This document shows positions 26,699 to 35,205 of a stretch of 64,000 bases of DNA, piece by piece; position 1 is the stretch's first letter, and each line of letters begins with the position of its first letter. The position numbers were made by a program, and so were the translations under genes. The DNA comes from Bacillota bacterium. GTDB taxonomy: Bacteria > Bacillota > Limnochordia > Darwinibacteriales > Darwinibacteriaceae. The stretch lies in contig DUPN01000100.1 of NCBI GenBank assembly GCA_012838305.1, positions 30,489-94,488 on the forward strand, in the 5' to 3' direction. Under the pieces are notes generated by a model. The model was not told the origin of the DNA. It saw nothing but the letters and a program-made list of their open reading frames with translations, and searched no databases.

Positions 26699-26796
26699 TA
26701 ACCTCCAAATGATATCACTTGGAACCATGCTGAACATCCTTTCTTATGATGGGATCATTTCTACAATTATAACACAGAGAAGAGGGAGGGTTTCCA

Positions 26797-28188
26797 TTGC
26801 TTGCAGAGGGTTTGGCAAGAGATGTTATCCTGGCTGCTTTATCCACCGGTGGCGATTTTGCCGAGATTTTTATGGAAGATACGCGGGGTACCCAGATCCG
26901 CATGCTCAACGGTGGGGTAGAAGAAGGGGTAACCGGCCGCGACTGGGGAGTAGGTATTCGCATATTCCAAGGATTTCGCAGTGTTTACGCCTTTACCAAT
27001 GACACCAGCGGAGCCAATTTGCTTAAGGTGGCAGGCGAAGCTGCGGCTGCTCTGAGCGGCGCGCCCCAGGAGGGCACCTTGCATCTTCAGCGATTGCGCC
27101 TGGAGCCGCTGCATCCCATACGCCTGGACCCCAAGACCATTGGCCACAGGGATAAGGTGGAGATGATGAAAAGGGCGCATTGGGCTGCGGCAAATTATGA
27201 TCCCCAAATCACCCAAGTAGCCATTACTTATATGGATACGGATCAGAATGTGTTCATCGCTAACTCCGAGGGACTGCTCACCGAGGATCGCAGAGTTCGC
27301 ACTCGGCTGGGTATCCATGCAGTTGCGTCCAAGGGCAGCGAGAAACAGTCCGCGTTTCGGGGGCCCGGTCGTCACATGGGCTTTGAGCTCTTTGATCACA
27401 TCGATGTGGAGGAGATTGCGCGGGATGCGGCCCGAAGTGCAGTGACGATGGTCAATGCAGACTACGCCCCCAGCGGACGCTATCCGGTTATTATCGACAA
27501 TGAATTTGGTGGTGTCATTTTCCACGAGGCCTGCGGTCATGGGCTTGAGGCCACCAGTGTGGCTAAGGGAGCTTCCGTTTTCAGCGGCAAATTGGGGCAG
27601 AAGGTCGCCAGCGAGCTTGTGACTGCGGTGGATGACGGCACCATCGCCAATGCCTGGGGTTCTCTTACCATGGATGATGAAGGAACCAGGACCAGAAGAA
27701 ATGTGTTGATCGAAAAAGGTATTCTAACTGGTTACCTGATTGACAAACTTAACGCCCGCCGCATGGAAATGGAACCAACGGGGAGCAGCCGACGACAATC
27801 GTACAAGTTTGCGCCCACGTCCCGCATGACCAACACATTTATCTGTGCAGGGGAGTCCACCAAGGACGAGATCATTGCCAACACCGAATATGCCCTCTTT
27901 GCCAAACACATGGGTGGAGGTTCGGTCAATCCCGCAACCGGCGAGTTCAACTTCGCAGTGGCAGAAGGCTACATCGTACGCAATGGATCCATCGAAAAGC
28001 CGGTGCGCGGTGCCACCTTAATTGGTCAGGGTGCAGAGATTCTGCAGAGGATCGATATGGTCGCTAATAACCTAGCCACTGGACAGGGAATGTGCGGTTC
28101 CCTTAGCGGCTCGATCCCGACCGATGTGGGTCAACCCACCATTCGGGTGCAAGAGATTACTGTAGGTGGACGAAAGGGGGCTAACTAA
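26797..28188 (+). CDS. tldD: TldD metalloprotease
   Basis: 463 aa. HEACGHGLE zinc motif and GGSVNPATGEF. Confidence 0.9.
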   Translation: MLAEGLARDVILAALSTGGDFAEIFMEDTRGTQIRMLNGGVEEGVTGRDWGVGIRIFQGFRSVYAFTNDTSGANLLKVAGEAAAALSGAPQEGTLHLQRLRLEPLHPIRLDPKTIGHRDKVEMMKRAHWAAANYDPQITQVAITYMDTDQNVFIANSEGLLTEDRRVRTRLGIHAVASKGSEKQSAFRGPGRHMGFELFDHIDVEEIARDAARSAVTMVNADYAPSGRYPVIIDNEFGGVIFHEACGHGLEATSVAKGASVFSGKLGQKVASELVTAVDDGTIANAWGSLTMDDEGTRTRRNVLIEKGILTGYLIDKLNARRMEMEPTGSSRRQSYKFAPTSRMTNTFICAGESTKDEIIANTEYALFAKHMGGGSVNPATGEFNFAVAEGYIVRNGSIEKPVRGATLIGQGAEILQRIDMVANNLATGQGMCGSLSGSIPTDVGQPTIRVQEITVGGRKGAN

Positions 28189-29543
28189 TGGATATCGGTG
28201 AGTTTAGAGAAAAGGTATTCGCGGCTGGAACCCGATCTGGCCTTGGTGAGATGGAGATCTATGTTTCCCGCTCAGAGAACTTCCGTGTGCGTGTCTTCCA
28301 AAAGGAAATTGATGACTACAGCCTTAGTGTAGAGCAAGGCGTAGGCTTTCGGGCCGATTATCGGGGCAAAGTAGGTTACGCCTATGTGGAAACCTTGGAT
28401 GAAGAATCCGTCAACGTACTGGTGGAGGGTGCCAAGGCCAATGCCCAGATCATCGATTCCGATGACGAGATTCAGTTTTTCGCAGGTTCGCCGGCGTACC
28501 CCGATGTCTCGACCTATGACGAGACGCTGAATCGAGTTTCGCCCCAAGAGAAAATTGAATTTACCAAAGCGTTAGAAGCAGAAGCTTTTGCCGCCGATCC
28601 CCGTGTATCCATGGTCAACTGGGCCATGACAGGCTCCGCGCAAAGTGAAGTCCATATTGCCAATACAAAGGGGCTGGATCAACACTTTATCCGTAACGGC
28701 GCCTATAGCTTTATTTCGGCGGTGGCTCGGGAGAAAGACGCAGTGAAGACCGCAGCGCGTTTCTTCGTTGATCATGATTGGCGGAGGTTTGATGCTAAGA
28801 AACTGGCGCAGGAGGCCGTGCACGAAGCCACATCCCTTTTGGGGGCCACCAGTTTGGAATCTGGCAATTATCGCGCCTTGTTGCGCCACGATGTAGCCAA
28901 CGATCTCTTAGCCACATTTTCCTCGGTGTTTTCCGCGGAAGCGGTACAGAAGGGCCTATCCCTCTTGGGTGGTAAGATGGGGCAGCAGATTGCCAGCCCT
29001 CTGGTGAACATAACAGATGACCCCCTCTTGAGCAACATGGGTGCGTCCCGACCCTTTGATGGGGAGGGGGTGGCTGCTCGCACCAAAAAAGTTGTGGAGC
29101 AGGGCCAGTTGACCACCTTTCTGCATAATCTGAAAACAGCGAAAAAGGACGGGATTGCCTCCACCGGAAACGCTTCTAGAGCTTCCTTTAAGTCGCCTGT
29201 GGGGATTTCTCCCACGAACTTCTTCATTGAATCTGGCGGGACCGAGTACGTGGATCTGGTGAAGAAACTTGGTGATGGCATCATTATCATCGATGTGCAA
29301 GGCCTCCATTCAGGTGCAAATCCCGTCTCCGGAGACTTTTCCTTGGGTGCCTACGGCTACTTGGTGGAAAAAGGGCAGATCGTTCGAGCCGTTGAACAGA
29401 TTACAGTGGCAGGTAACTTCTTCAGACTGCTGGAATCGGTAGAAGAGATCGGGGCGGATCTGGAATTCGGAAGCCTGGGCCAGGGTGGGCATTTTGGCTC
29501 CCCATCGCTGCTCATTCGTGAACTGTCTATTGCAGGTATGTAG
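28188..29543 (+). CDS. pmbA: PmbA/TldE, partner of TldD
   Basis: 451 aa TldD/PmbA-fold protein lacking the HExxxH motif. 1-nt start/stop overlap with tldD. Confidence 0.85.
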   Translation: MDIGEFREKVFAAGTRSGLGEMEIYVSRSENFRVRVFQKEIDDYSLSVEQGVGFRADYRGKVGYAYVETLDEESVNVLVEGAKANAQIIDSDDEIQFFAGSPAYPDVSTYDETLNRVSPQEKIEFTKALEAEAFAADPRVSMVNWAMTGSAQSEVHIANTKGLDQHFIRNGAYSFISAVAREKDAVKTAARFFVDHDWRRFDAKKLAQEAVHEATSLLGATSLESGNYRALLRHDVANDLLATFSSVFSAEAVQKGLSLLGGKMGQQIASPLVNITDDPLLSNMGASRPFDGEGVAARTKKVVEQGQLTTFLHNLKTAKKDGIASTGNASRASFKSPVGISPTNFFIESGGTEYVDLVKKLGDGIIIIDVQGLHSGANPVSGDFSLGAYGYLVEKGQIVRAVEQITVAGNFFRLLESVEEIGADLEFGSLGQGGHFGSPSLLIRELSIAGM

Positions 29544-29554
29544 GAGGACCCAGA

Positions 29555-30082
29555 ATGCGTTTGAACACTCGACAGGCAGCCAACCTCGGTCTTTTGACTG
29601 CGGTCTCTATCGTGCTGACCCGCGTTTTTGGATTTGTTCTCCCCATTGCGGGAGTAGGTGCCCTCCGCTTGAGTTTCGGAGAAATCCCCATCCTCTTGGC
29701 TGGGGTGCTTTTCGGCCCTGCCGGGGGGGCGCTGACGGGGCTCGCATCGGACCTAATCGGTTATATGATCAACTCCCATGGAGGAGCTTTTTTCCCTGGA
29801 TTCACCTTAAGTTCTGCCCTTACCGGATGTATCCCCGGCTGGATTTTGTATCAACGGAAGGCTTCTTTCGATCTCTGGCAAGTGGGGGCCACGGTCTTAC
29901 TTACGGACCTGGTTACGGGTGTCTTCCTGAACACGCTCTGGCTGACCATTCTCTACGGACAGGGTTTCTTTGTAATTCTGCCCATGCGGCTTTTGGCTCG
30001 CCTGGTGACGCTGCCCGTCTATACTGTGGTGGTGTTTTTGATTAGCCGGGCCTACCGATCGTATCGACGGGGGCTCACTTAG
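29555..30082 (+). CDS. folT: ECF transporter S component, folate (FolT)-like
   Basis: 175 aa, 5-6 TM. LRLSFGEIPILLAGVLFGPAGGALTGLASDLIGY resembles the FolT family. Confidence 0.6.
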   Translation: MRLNTRQAANLGLLTAVSIVLTRVFGFVLPIAGVGALRLSFGEIPILLAGVLFGPAGGALTGLASDLIGYMINSHGGAFFPGFTLSSALTGCIPGWILYQRKASFDLWQVGATVLLTDLVTGVFLNTLWLTILYGQGFFVILPMRLLARLVTLPVYTVVVFLISRAYRSYRRGLT

Positions 30083-30098
30083 GGCCTTTTGCTTAGGA

Positions 30099-30127
30099 TT
30101 GCGTTGTTTGAGCTTTTGTGCTATGAT
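30099..30127 (+). promoter_or_regulatory. candidate sigma-A promoter (TTGCGT-17-TGcTATGAT)
   Basis: Hexamers at 30099-30104 and 30122-30127 with a TGn extension, upstream of the 75-aa ORF. Confidence 0.45.
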
Positions 30128-30163
30128 AGTCTAAATTCTGAACACATGGAGTGAGAGATCCTA

Positions 30164-30391
30164 ATGGATATCGAACCGCCAAGACGGTGGCATACACTAA
30201 AGTTAGCACTCTTGTGGCGGAGACCTCAAGAGCCGCGCAAGAAGATCAAGATCTTCCTTCGACTAGGCGATGAGTATCTGCGTAAGGGAGAGGTTCAACT
30301 GGCCAACTATTGCTACACACTCTCCAAGAACCTGGCTGAAGAGGCGGGAACAATCCATCTCCGCAAGAAGATCGAAAATCGATTAATCTAA
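30164..30391 (+). CDS. small hypothetical protein (75 aa, basic, one TPR-like helix pair)
   Basis: Has its own promoter and a GGAG RBS. No family recognised. Confidence 0.4.
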   Translation: MDIEPPRRWHTLKLALLWRRPQEPRKKIKIFLRLGDEYLRKGEVQLANYCYTLSKNLAEEAGTIHLRKKIENRLI

Positions 30392-30417
30392 GAACGACCA
30401 GGAAAAGACTCTGGCCC

Positions 30418-30465
30418 TTGATCAGACGACCCAACTAGGATACAATAAGTTTATGAAAACTTTCA
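30418..30465 (+). promoter_or_regulatory. sigma-A promoter (TTGATC-17-TACAAT) plus TGAAA-AC-TTTCA operator-like palindrome
   Basis: Hexamers at 30418-30423 and 30441-30446. The palindrome at 30454-30465 overlaps the predicted +1 region and resembles ArsR/SmtB TGAA..TTCA operators. Confidence 0.45.
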
Positions 30466-30481
30466 CATAGGGGGATCGTCT

Positions 30482-30859
30482 ATGCAACGATTAAAGCAAT
30501 CTGCCCGGCGTTTTCAGATTCTGGCGGATCCCATTCGATTGAAGATATGTTTGCTGCTGGCCGACGGTGAGATGTGCGTTGGACAGCTGTCCGAGGTCTT
30601 GGGGCTGAACCAGCCGAAAGTGTCCTACCACTTGAAGCGGATGTACGAAGGGAATCTCATCGCCAGACGAAACGAGAACACCTGGAGTTACTATTCCCTC
30701 CGTACCGATTTGCGAACCTGGGTAAATAGGGAACTTGACAGTATGCTCAACGGCCAGAGCAGGGGGGTTGCAATTGAAGGATCTAAAGACGCTCACCGGA
30801 GCCCCATCTCTGTGGACCGCGGTGCGCTTGATATGGCAAGCAGGACTGGCCGCCATTAG
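30482..30859 (+). CDS. ArsR/SmtB family transcriptional regulator
   Basis: LADPIRLKICLLL...GEMCVGQLSEVLGLNQPKVSYHLKRM winged-helix core. Confidence 0.85.
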   Translation: MQRLKQSARRFQILADPIRLKICLLLADGEMCVGQLSEVLGLNQPKVSYHLKRMYEGNLIARRNENTWSYYSLRTDLRTWVNRELDSMLNGQSRGVAIEGSKDAHRSPISVDRGALDMASRTGRH

Positions 30860-31094
30860 GGAGAGGACAAGGGTTGAAGAACTGCAGGCTGATCGAGTCC
30901 GATTCGAGCAGGAACTCTTGGAGCTGTCTCGTTTGGTTCATGACTACGAGACGAAAATTCACAACAATGTCAGAGAGAATAAAGAGCTAACCCGGAAGAA
31001 CAAGGAGCTGCAATGGGGATTTCGTGCCCTGCGCCGGGAGAACCAGTGGCTGAAGGAAGAGATTTTTAAGCTGAAGGGCAAACCATTAACTTAA
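30774..31094 (+). CDS. coiled-coil hypothetical protein
   Basis: A different frame overlapping the ArsR tail. Candidate TTG starts at 30735, 30768 and 30774, behind AGGGGGG. The C-terminal heptad-rich region reads ELQADRVRFEQELLELSRLVHDYETKIHNNVRENKELTRKNKELQ. Confidence 0.4.
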   Translation: MKDLKTLTGAPSLWTAVRLIWQAGLAAIRERTRVEELQADRVRFEQELLELSRLVHDYETKIHNNVRENKELTRKNKELQWGFRALRRENQWLKEEIFKLKGKPLT

Positions 31095-31097
31095 ACC

Positions 31098-31141
31098 GAG
31101 GAGTCAGGGTGCGGATAACGTGATCGACTCCTCTTTTTTTG
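31098..31141 (+). terminator. intrinsic terminator
   Basis: GAGGAGTC ... GACTCCTC stem followed by T8. Confidence 0.75.
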
Positions 31142-31169
31142 AGAAGGACAAAGCAGGGGAGTGGAGTAG

Positions 31170-31646
31170 ATGAATTCCAAAAAAATGGTCCTGACTGCAC
31201 TGTTAATTGCTGTGGTAACTGTGACAACCATGGTTGTCAACATCCCCCTGCCTGGAGTCAAGGGTTATGTCAATATCGGCGATACCGTTGTGCTTTTAGC
31301 AGGCTTGATCTTTGGACCCACTGTGGGGGCCACTTGCGGCGCCTTGGGATCCAGCCTCGCCGACCTCTTTTTGGGCTATGCCTACTGGGCGCCATGGACT
31401 TTTGTCATTAAGGGACTAGAAGGGTTCTTGGCAGGTTGGGTTGCGCAGCGTTATCGACGGGCCACAGCGCAGGGGGCTGTTTTGGCAGCGGTGATCATGG
31501 TCTTGGGCTATTTGGGTGTAGGCATCCTCTATTACGGCCTGGGGCCTGCCCTCGCCTCGCTTCCCGGGGATTTGACCCAAGGGGCCGTCAGCGTGGCTCT
31601 GGCCTTGCTTTCGGTTCGCCCCCTCAGGAAGTATTTAAGTTTGTAG
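31170..31646 (+). CDS. ECF transporter S component, substrate unknown
   Basis: 158 aa, 5 TM. NIGDTVVLLAGLIFGPTVGATCGALGSSLADL is typical of ECF S components. Confidence 0.65.
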   Translation: MNSKKMVLTALLIAVVTVTTMVVNIPLPGVKGYVNIGDTVVLLAGLIFGPTVGATCGALGSSLADLFLGYAYWAPWTFVIKGLEGFLAGWVAQRYRRATAQGAVLAAVIMVLGYLGVGILYYGLGPALASLPGDLTQGAVSVALALLSVRPLRKYLSL

Positions 31647-31658
31647 AGTGAAACAGGC

Positions 31659-31686
31659 ACATTTCCCCAGCTGCCATCATAGAATG
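31659..31686 (+). promoter_or_regulatory. candidate mother-cell (sigma-E/K type) promoter of sigK: AC-N17-CATAGAATG
   Basis: AC at 31659-31660 and CATAGAAT at 31678-31685, compared with the AC-N17-CATAnnnTA consensus recalled for sigma-K. Confidence 0.3.
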
Positions 31687-31722
31687 AAAAGCTTGAATTC
31701 CGGCAACGAGGGGGTCTAGCTT

Positions 31723-32070
31723 GTGTTATTTTCGCTACTTAGCGCCCTGGGTCTCTGGCTGGCCGAGGGAATCGGTTTCTTAACGGGTTTTGTCACCAGC
31801 GGGAGCGCCTTCCCCAAACCTCTTAGGCCCGAAGAGGAGAAGGAACTCTTAATGCAAAAAGAAGCAGGCGACGAAGGCGCGCGCAACATCCTCATTGAGC
31901 GGAACCTTCGCCTCGTAGCACATATTGTCAAGAAGTTCGATAACACCGGCGAAGACAGTGAAGACTTAATCTCCATCGGGGTAATCGGTTTGATTAAAGC
32001 GATCAACACCTTCAATCCGAGCAAAAACACCCGTTTGGCTACTTACGCAGCCAGGTGCATTGAGAATGAG
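31723..32070 (+). CDS. sigK: sporulation sigma factor SigK, 5' segment (pro-sequence and regions 1.2-2.4; spoIVCB-like), interrupted
   Basis: GTG start behind GAGGGGG. AFPKPL pro-sequence junction, [45 protein letters not shown]. After codon 116 the track ORF continues into 25 unrelated codons inside the element. Confidence 0.92.
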
Positions 32071-32081
32071 AATTCACTGTC
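32058..32081 (+). repeat. attL junction: CATTGAGAAT-GA-GAATTCACTGTC
   Basis: The sigK-side arm and the element-side arm flank the GA (32068-32069) of the shared GAGA core. Confidence 0.6.
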
Positions 32082-34377
32082 AAGCGGGGAGCCCAATCCG
32101 AATTTCTCCCCCCTCTTTGAGGGTGTGGATTTGCCCGTAAAGGAGTAGTTCGAAAGGCGAACCTTCGATCTGGCTCACCGCAACTTCGTTAGCGCTGACC
32201 CGAACGATTAAGTGGTGGCCGCGGAACAGGACTCTAAAGGAGTAACCATTCCACTTTGTGGGAGCAAAGGGCCTCAGTGAAAGGTGATCGTCTTCCATGC
32301 GCAGGCCGCCAAAGCCATAGACAACAGACATCCAGGTCCCTGCCATGCTCGTAATATGCAGACCGTCATCAGTATCGTTATTGTAATTATCCAGATCCAG
32401 CCGAGCAGTACGCAGATAGAGCTCGTAGGCTTTGCTTTTGTAGCCGATTTCAGCAGCCATAATCGCATAGACACAGGGTGACAACGACGATTCATGGACG
32501 GTCATAGGTTCATAAAAATCGAAGTTGCGTTTTTTTGTGTCCAAATCGTAGCGATCGCCGAAAAAGAAGAGTCCCTGCAGTACATCGGCCTGTTTAATGA
32601 AGCACGAACGCAAAATGCGATCCCAGGACCAGTGCTGGTTGAGGGGCAGTTCGCTGCGGGGGATTGCATCCACACTCAAGAGTTCCTTATCCATAAACCC
32701 ATCTTGCTGTGCAAAGACCCCCAGATCAGGCAGGAGGGGATAGTACATGTTCTGCACAATGTCTTCCCACATGTGGAGCTCCTTTGGATCCGGTCTCAAA
32801 TGACCCGGAATCTTGGCCCCTAGCTCTTCTAGGACCTCCAGGGTATATTCAAGGCACCAGGAGGCGATGCGGTTGGTGTACCAGTTGTTGTTGACATTGT
32901 TCTCATACTCATTGGGGCCGGTCACGCCCAAAATCATATAGACGCCCTTTCTAGGCTGAAACGTCACCCTGCTGGCCCAGAACCGGCAAATTTCTACCAG
33001 GACGTCCAGACCGTACTGGACGAGGTAGTCCTGATCGCCAGTGTAACGGACGTAGTTGAAAATGGCGTAGGCAATGGCGCCATTGCGGTGGATTTCCTCA
33101 AAGGTAATTTCCCATTCGTTATGGCACTCTTCGCCCGTCATGGTCACCATGGGGTAGAGGGCTCCTTTCAGCCCCAGCCTGGCCGCGTTTTCCTGCGCTT
33201 TTTCCAGATGATGATACCGATACATCAGCAGATTCCTGGCAATCTGGGGGTCCCGGGTGCTCAGATAGAAGGGGAGGCAATAGGCTTCCGTATCCCAGTA
33301 GGTGCTGCCGCCATATTTCTCGCCGGTGAATCCCTTCGGTCCAATATTGAGGCGGGGATCCTCGCCCGTATAGGTCTGATGCAGATGGAAAATGTTAAAG
33401 CGGATGCCTTGCTGGGCGGCCACATCACCGGTGATTTGGATATCGCTGTCCTCCCAAACCCGGGCCCATTGCGCGGCGTGGTCCTGGAATAGTTCGCTGT
33501 AGGGCCTTTTGTGTTGCTGCAAGAGGCCAATGGCCTGATCGGATACTGTCTGGGCCGGGTGATCGCGGCTCGTGGTCACAGCAACCACTTTCTCCAAACG
33601 AAGACTGTCTCCCCTCTGCAGTACTGTGCTGATTTCCCCCTGAGCATAGCGGGGGGAGGCAGTGTACGCAGCTTGGAGGTCCGTAACTTCCTGGTCGTTC
33701 AAGTAGAGAGAAAAGGAACTGGCCGCGGCCACCACAAAACCAGACTTCTTCGTCTCCATGGTAACCAGCTGCACACCGGGTGCGCTGGATTGGTCCAGTG
33801 CCTGCCAAAAGTCCTCTCCGTAATTTGCATCTTCATTGACAATATTTCCATCCAGATAGGGGGTGAAGGTGACGGCCGCCCCCTTGTTAGTGGGATCGTC
33901 TTCCAGAGTGATCTTGTAGCTGATACAAGCCAGCTCTCGCCGGGCTTTGCTCACGAAACGCCGGGTGAGAATGGAGAACGTGCGTCCGTCGCCGTCGACT
34001 ACCTCGAAGAGGCGGGTTAACTCTCCCTTGTGCATATCCAGGGTTCGACGAAACCTCGTTGGTTTCCAGTAATGGAGATCAAGGGGAGTCCCTCCCAGAT
34101 GCACGTTGATGCCGATAAAATTCACGGCATTGAGCACTTTGGCAAAATACTCAGGATAGCCCACCTTCCACCAACCCACTACAGTGCGATCGGGATAGTA
34201 GACTCCGGCCATATAGGTGCCCTGCAGACTGTTACCGCTGTATGCTTCTTCGAAATTACCGCGCATGCCCATATAGCCATTGCCGAGGGACATCAAACTC
34301 TCAACCACCCGGTTTTGCTCTGGACGGAATCCATCCTCAATGACCTGCCACTCATGGGTCTCTATGAATCGTTTCAA
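32080..34377 (-). CDS. GH65 family disaccharide phosphorylase (maltose/kojibiose/trehalose phosphorylase type)
   Basis: 765 aa, TTG start behind [34 protein letters not shown] (catalytic Glu block) and full-length GH65 architecture. The stop codon is 9 bp from the att core. Confidence 0.9.
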   Translation of the reverse strand: MKRFIETHEWQVIEDGFRPEQNRVVESLMSLGNGYMGMRGNFEEAYSGNSLQGTYMAGVYYPDRTVVGWWKVGYPEYFAKVLNAVNFIGINVHLGGTPLDLHYWKPTRFRRTLDMHKGELTRLFEVVDGDGRTFSILTRRFVSKARRELACISYKITLEDDPTNKGAAVTFTPYLDGNIVNEDANYGEDFWQALDQSSAPGVQLVTMETKKSGFVVAAASSFSLYLNDQEVTDLQAAYTASPRYAQGEISTVLQRGDSLRLEKVVAVTTSRDHPAQTVSDQAIGLLQQHKRPYSELFQDHAAQWARVWEDSDIQITGDVAAQQGIRFNIFHLHQTYTGEDPRLNIGPKGFTGEKYGGSTYWDTEAYCLPFYLSTRDPQIARNLLMYRYHHLEKAQENAARLGLKGALYPMVTMTGEECHNEWEITFEEIHRNGAIAYAIFNYVRYTGDQDYLVQYGLDVLVEICRFWASRVTFQPRKGVYMILGVTGPNEYENNVNNNWYTNRIASWCLEYTLEVLEELGAKIPGHLRPDPKELHMWEDIVQNMYYPLLPDLGVFAQQDGFMDKELLSVDAIPRSELPLNQHWSWDRILRSCFIKQADVLQGLFFFGDRYDLDTKKRNFDFYEPMTVHESSLSPCVYAIMAAEIGYKSKAYELYLRTARLDLDNYNNDTDDGLHITSMAGTWMSVVYGFGGLRMEDDHLSLRPFAPTKWNGYSFRVLFRGHHLIVRVSANEVAVSQIEGSPFELLLYGQIHTLKEGGEIRIGLPA

Positions 34378-34469
34378 CGGTACCCCTCCTCATATAGCTG
34401 GGTCGATCATCATACTTTTCCTCTGGCAGCAATCGTTTGCACAAGAAAACAGAAAGGAGGCAGGAAACC

Positions 34470-35126
34470 TTAGGCAGGGAGAATTCGCAGCAGATCCTGC
34501 AGGCCAAAGGAGGCAAAACCCGTGATCACATAATGGGCCTGGGCGAGGGTGTGCTCGTCGCCTACACCGATGGCCACCATCTGGGCTCGCAGCGCCGCTT
34601 CGATCCCGGCCTGGGCATCTTCAAAGACTACCGCAGATTGGGGAGCAATGTCCAAAAGGGATGCGGAGAGTGCAAACACTTCCGGATCGGGCTTGGCTTT
34701 TGACACTAGATTCCCGTCTACGATCAAGTCGAAGTAGTCTGTCAGTTCCACTCTCTCCAGGATGGTACGGGCATTTTTGCTGGCAGAACCAAGGCTGATC
34801 TTGATACCGGCGCTTTTCAGTTCGTCCAGGAAGTCCAACACACCGGGGAGTATTTCCGAAGCGTCCATTTGGGTGATGTACTCCACATACCAGGTGTTCT
34901 TGGCCTCGGCCAGTCTTGCCTTCTCTTCGTCAGTCCTCTTTTGCCCTCCGATCTCCAGTAGTATATCCAAGGAACGCATCCGGCTCACGCCCTTGAGACG
35001 CTCATTATCCTCTTCATGAAACGCGATTCCGATGGTCTCACCCAGACGTTTCCAAGCCAAATAGTGATACTTGGCAGTGTCCACAACCACTCCGTCCAGG
35101 TCAAAAATGGCCAACTGTAAATCCAT
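34470..35126 (-). CDS. pgmB: beta-phosphoglucomutase
   Basis: AIFDLDGVVVDTAKYHYLAWKRL, LGSASKNA, SKAKPDPEVF and FEDAQAGIEA closely follow L. lactis beta-PGM. Start set to ATG 35126 (AAGAGGAGG RBS) rather than the longer track ORF. Confidence 0.9.
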   Translation of the reverse strand: MDLQLAIFDLDGVVVDTAKYHYLAWKRLGETIGIAFHEEDNERLKGVSRMRSLDILLEIGGQKRTDEEKARLAEAKNTWYVEYITQMDASEILPGVLDFLDELKSAGIKISLGSASKNARTILERVELTDYFDLIVDGNLVSKAKPDPEVFALSASLLDIAPQSAVVFEDAQAGIEAALRAQMVAIGVGDEHTLAQAHYVITGFASFGLQDLLRILPA

Positions 35127-35205
35127 GGACAGACCTCCTCTTTGCCCCATTATATCATGATTGGATTTTTCCGGCATAGTCTTGATCAAAAAGAGGTGGT
35201 AGAAG

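Noticed and set aside
26839-27540. 233-aa minus-strand ORF. Similar long antisense ORFs occur at 1551-2195, 9670-10263, 21480-22082, 46671-47264, 56621-57175 and 57715-58320.
   Set aside because: All lie fully inside well-supported genes on the opposite strand (tldD, HAD, pgi, dapF, accC, nadK, recN). They lack RBSs and have an Arg/Pro/Gly-rich composition typical of antisense frames in moderately GC-rich DNA.
29485-30045. 186-aa plus-strand ORF overlapping folT in another frame
   Set aside because: It is Cys/Arg/Pro-rich with no motif. The FolT-like frame gives a coherent multi-TM protein.
31142-31169. Riboswitches upstream of the two ECF S-component genes (also 29544-29554) and a cobalamin riboswitch upstream of glmS (60771-60798)
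   Set aside because: The leaders are 11-28 nt long, which is incompatible with any known riboswitch aptamer.
32070-32140. Possibility that circularisation of the excised element restores a full-length recombinase across attP
   Set aside because: I translated across the predicted circle junction. The frame adds only 22 residues ([22 protein letters not shown]) before a TAA, and they are antisense to GH65. No zinc-ribbon domain is recovered.
31723-32148. 141-aa ORF taken at face value as a small sigma-like protein
   Set aside because: Only the first 116 codons are sigma-K-like. The remaining 25 are read-through into the intervening element, antisense to the GH65 3' end. It is the 5' half of a split gene.
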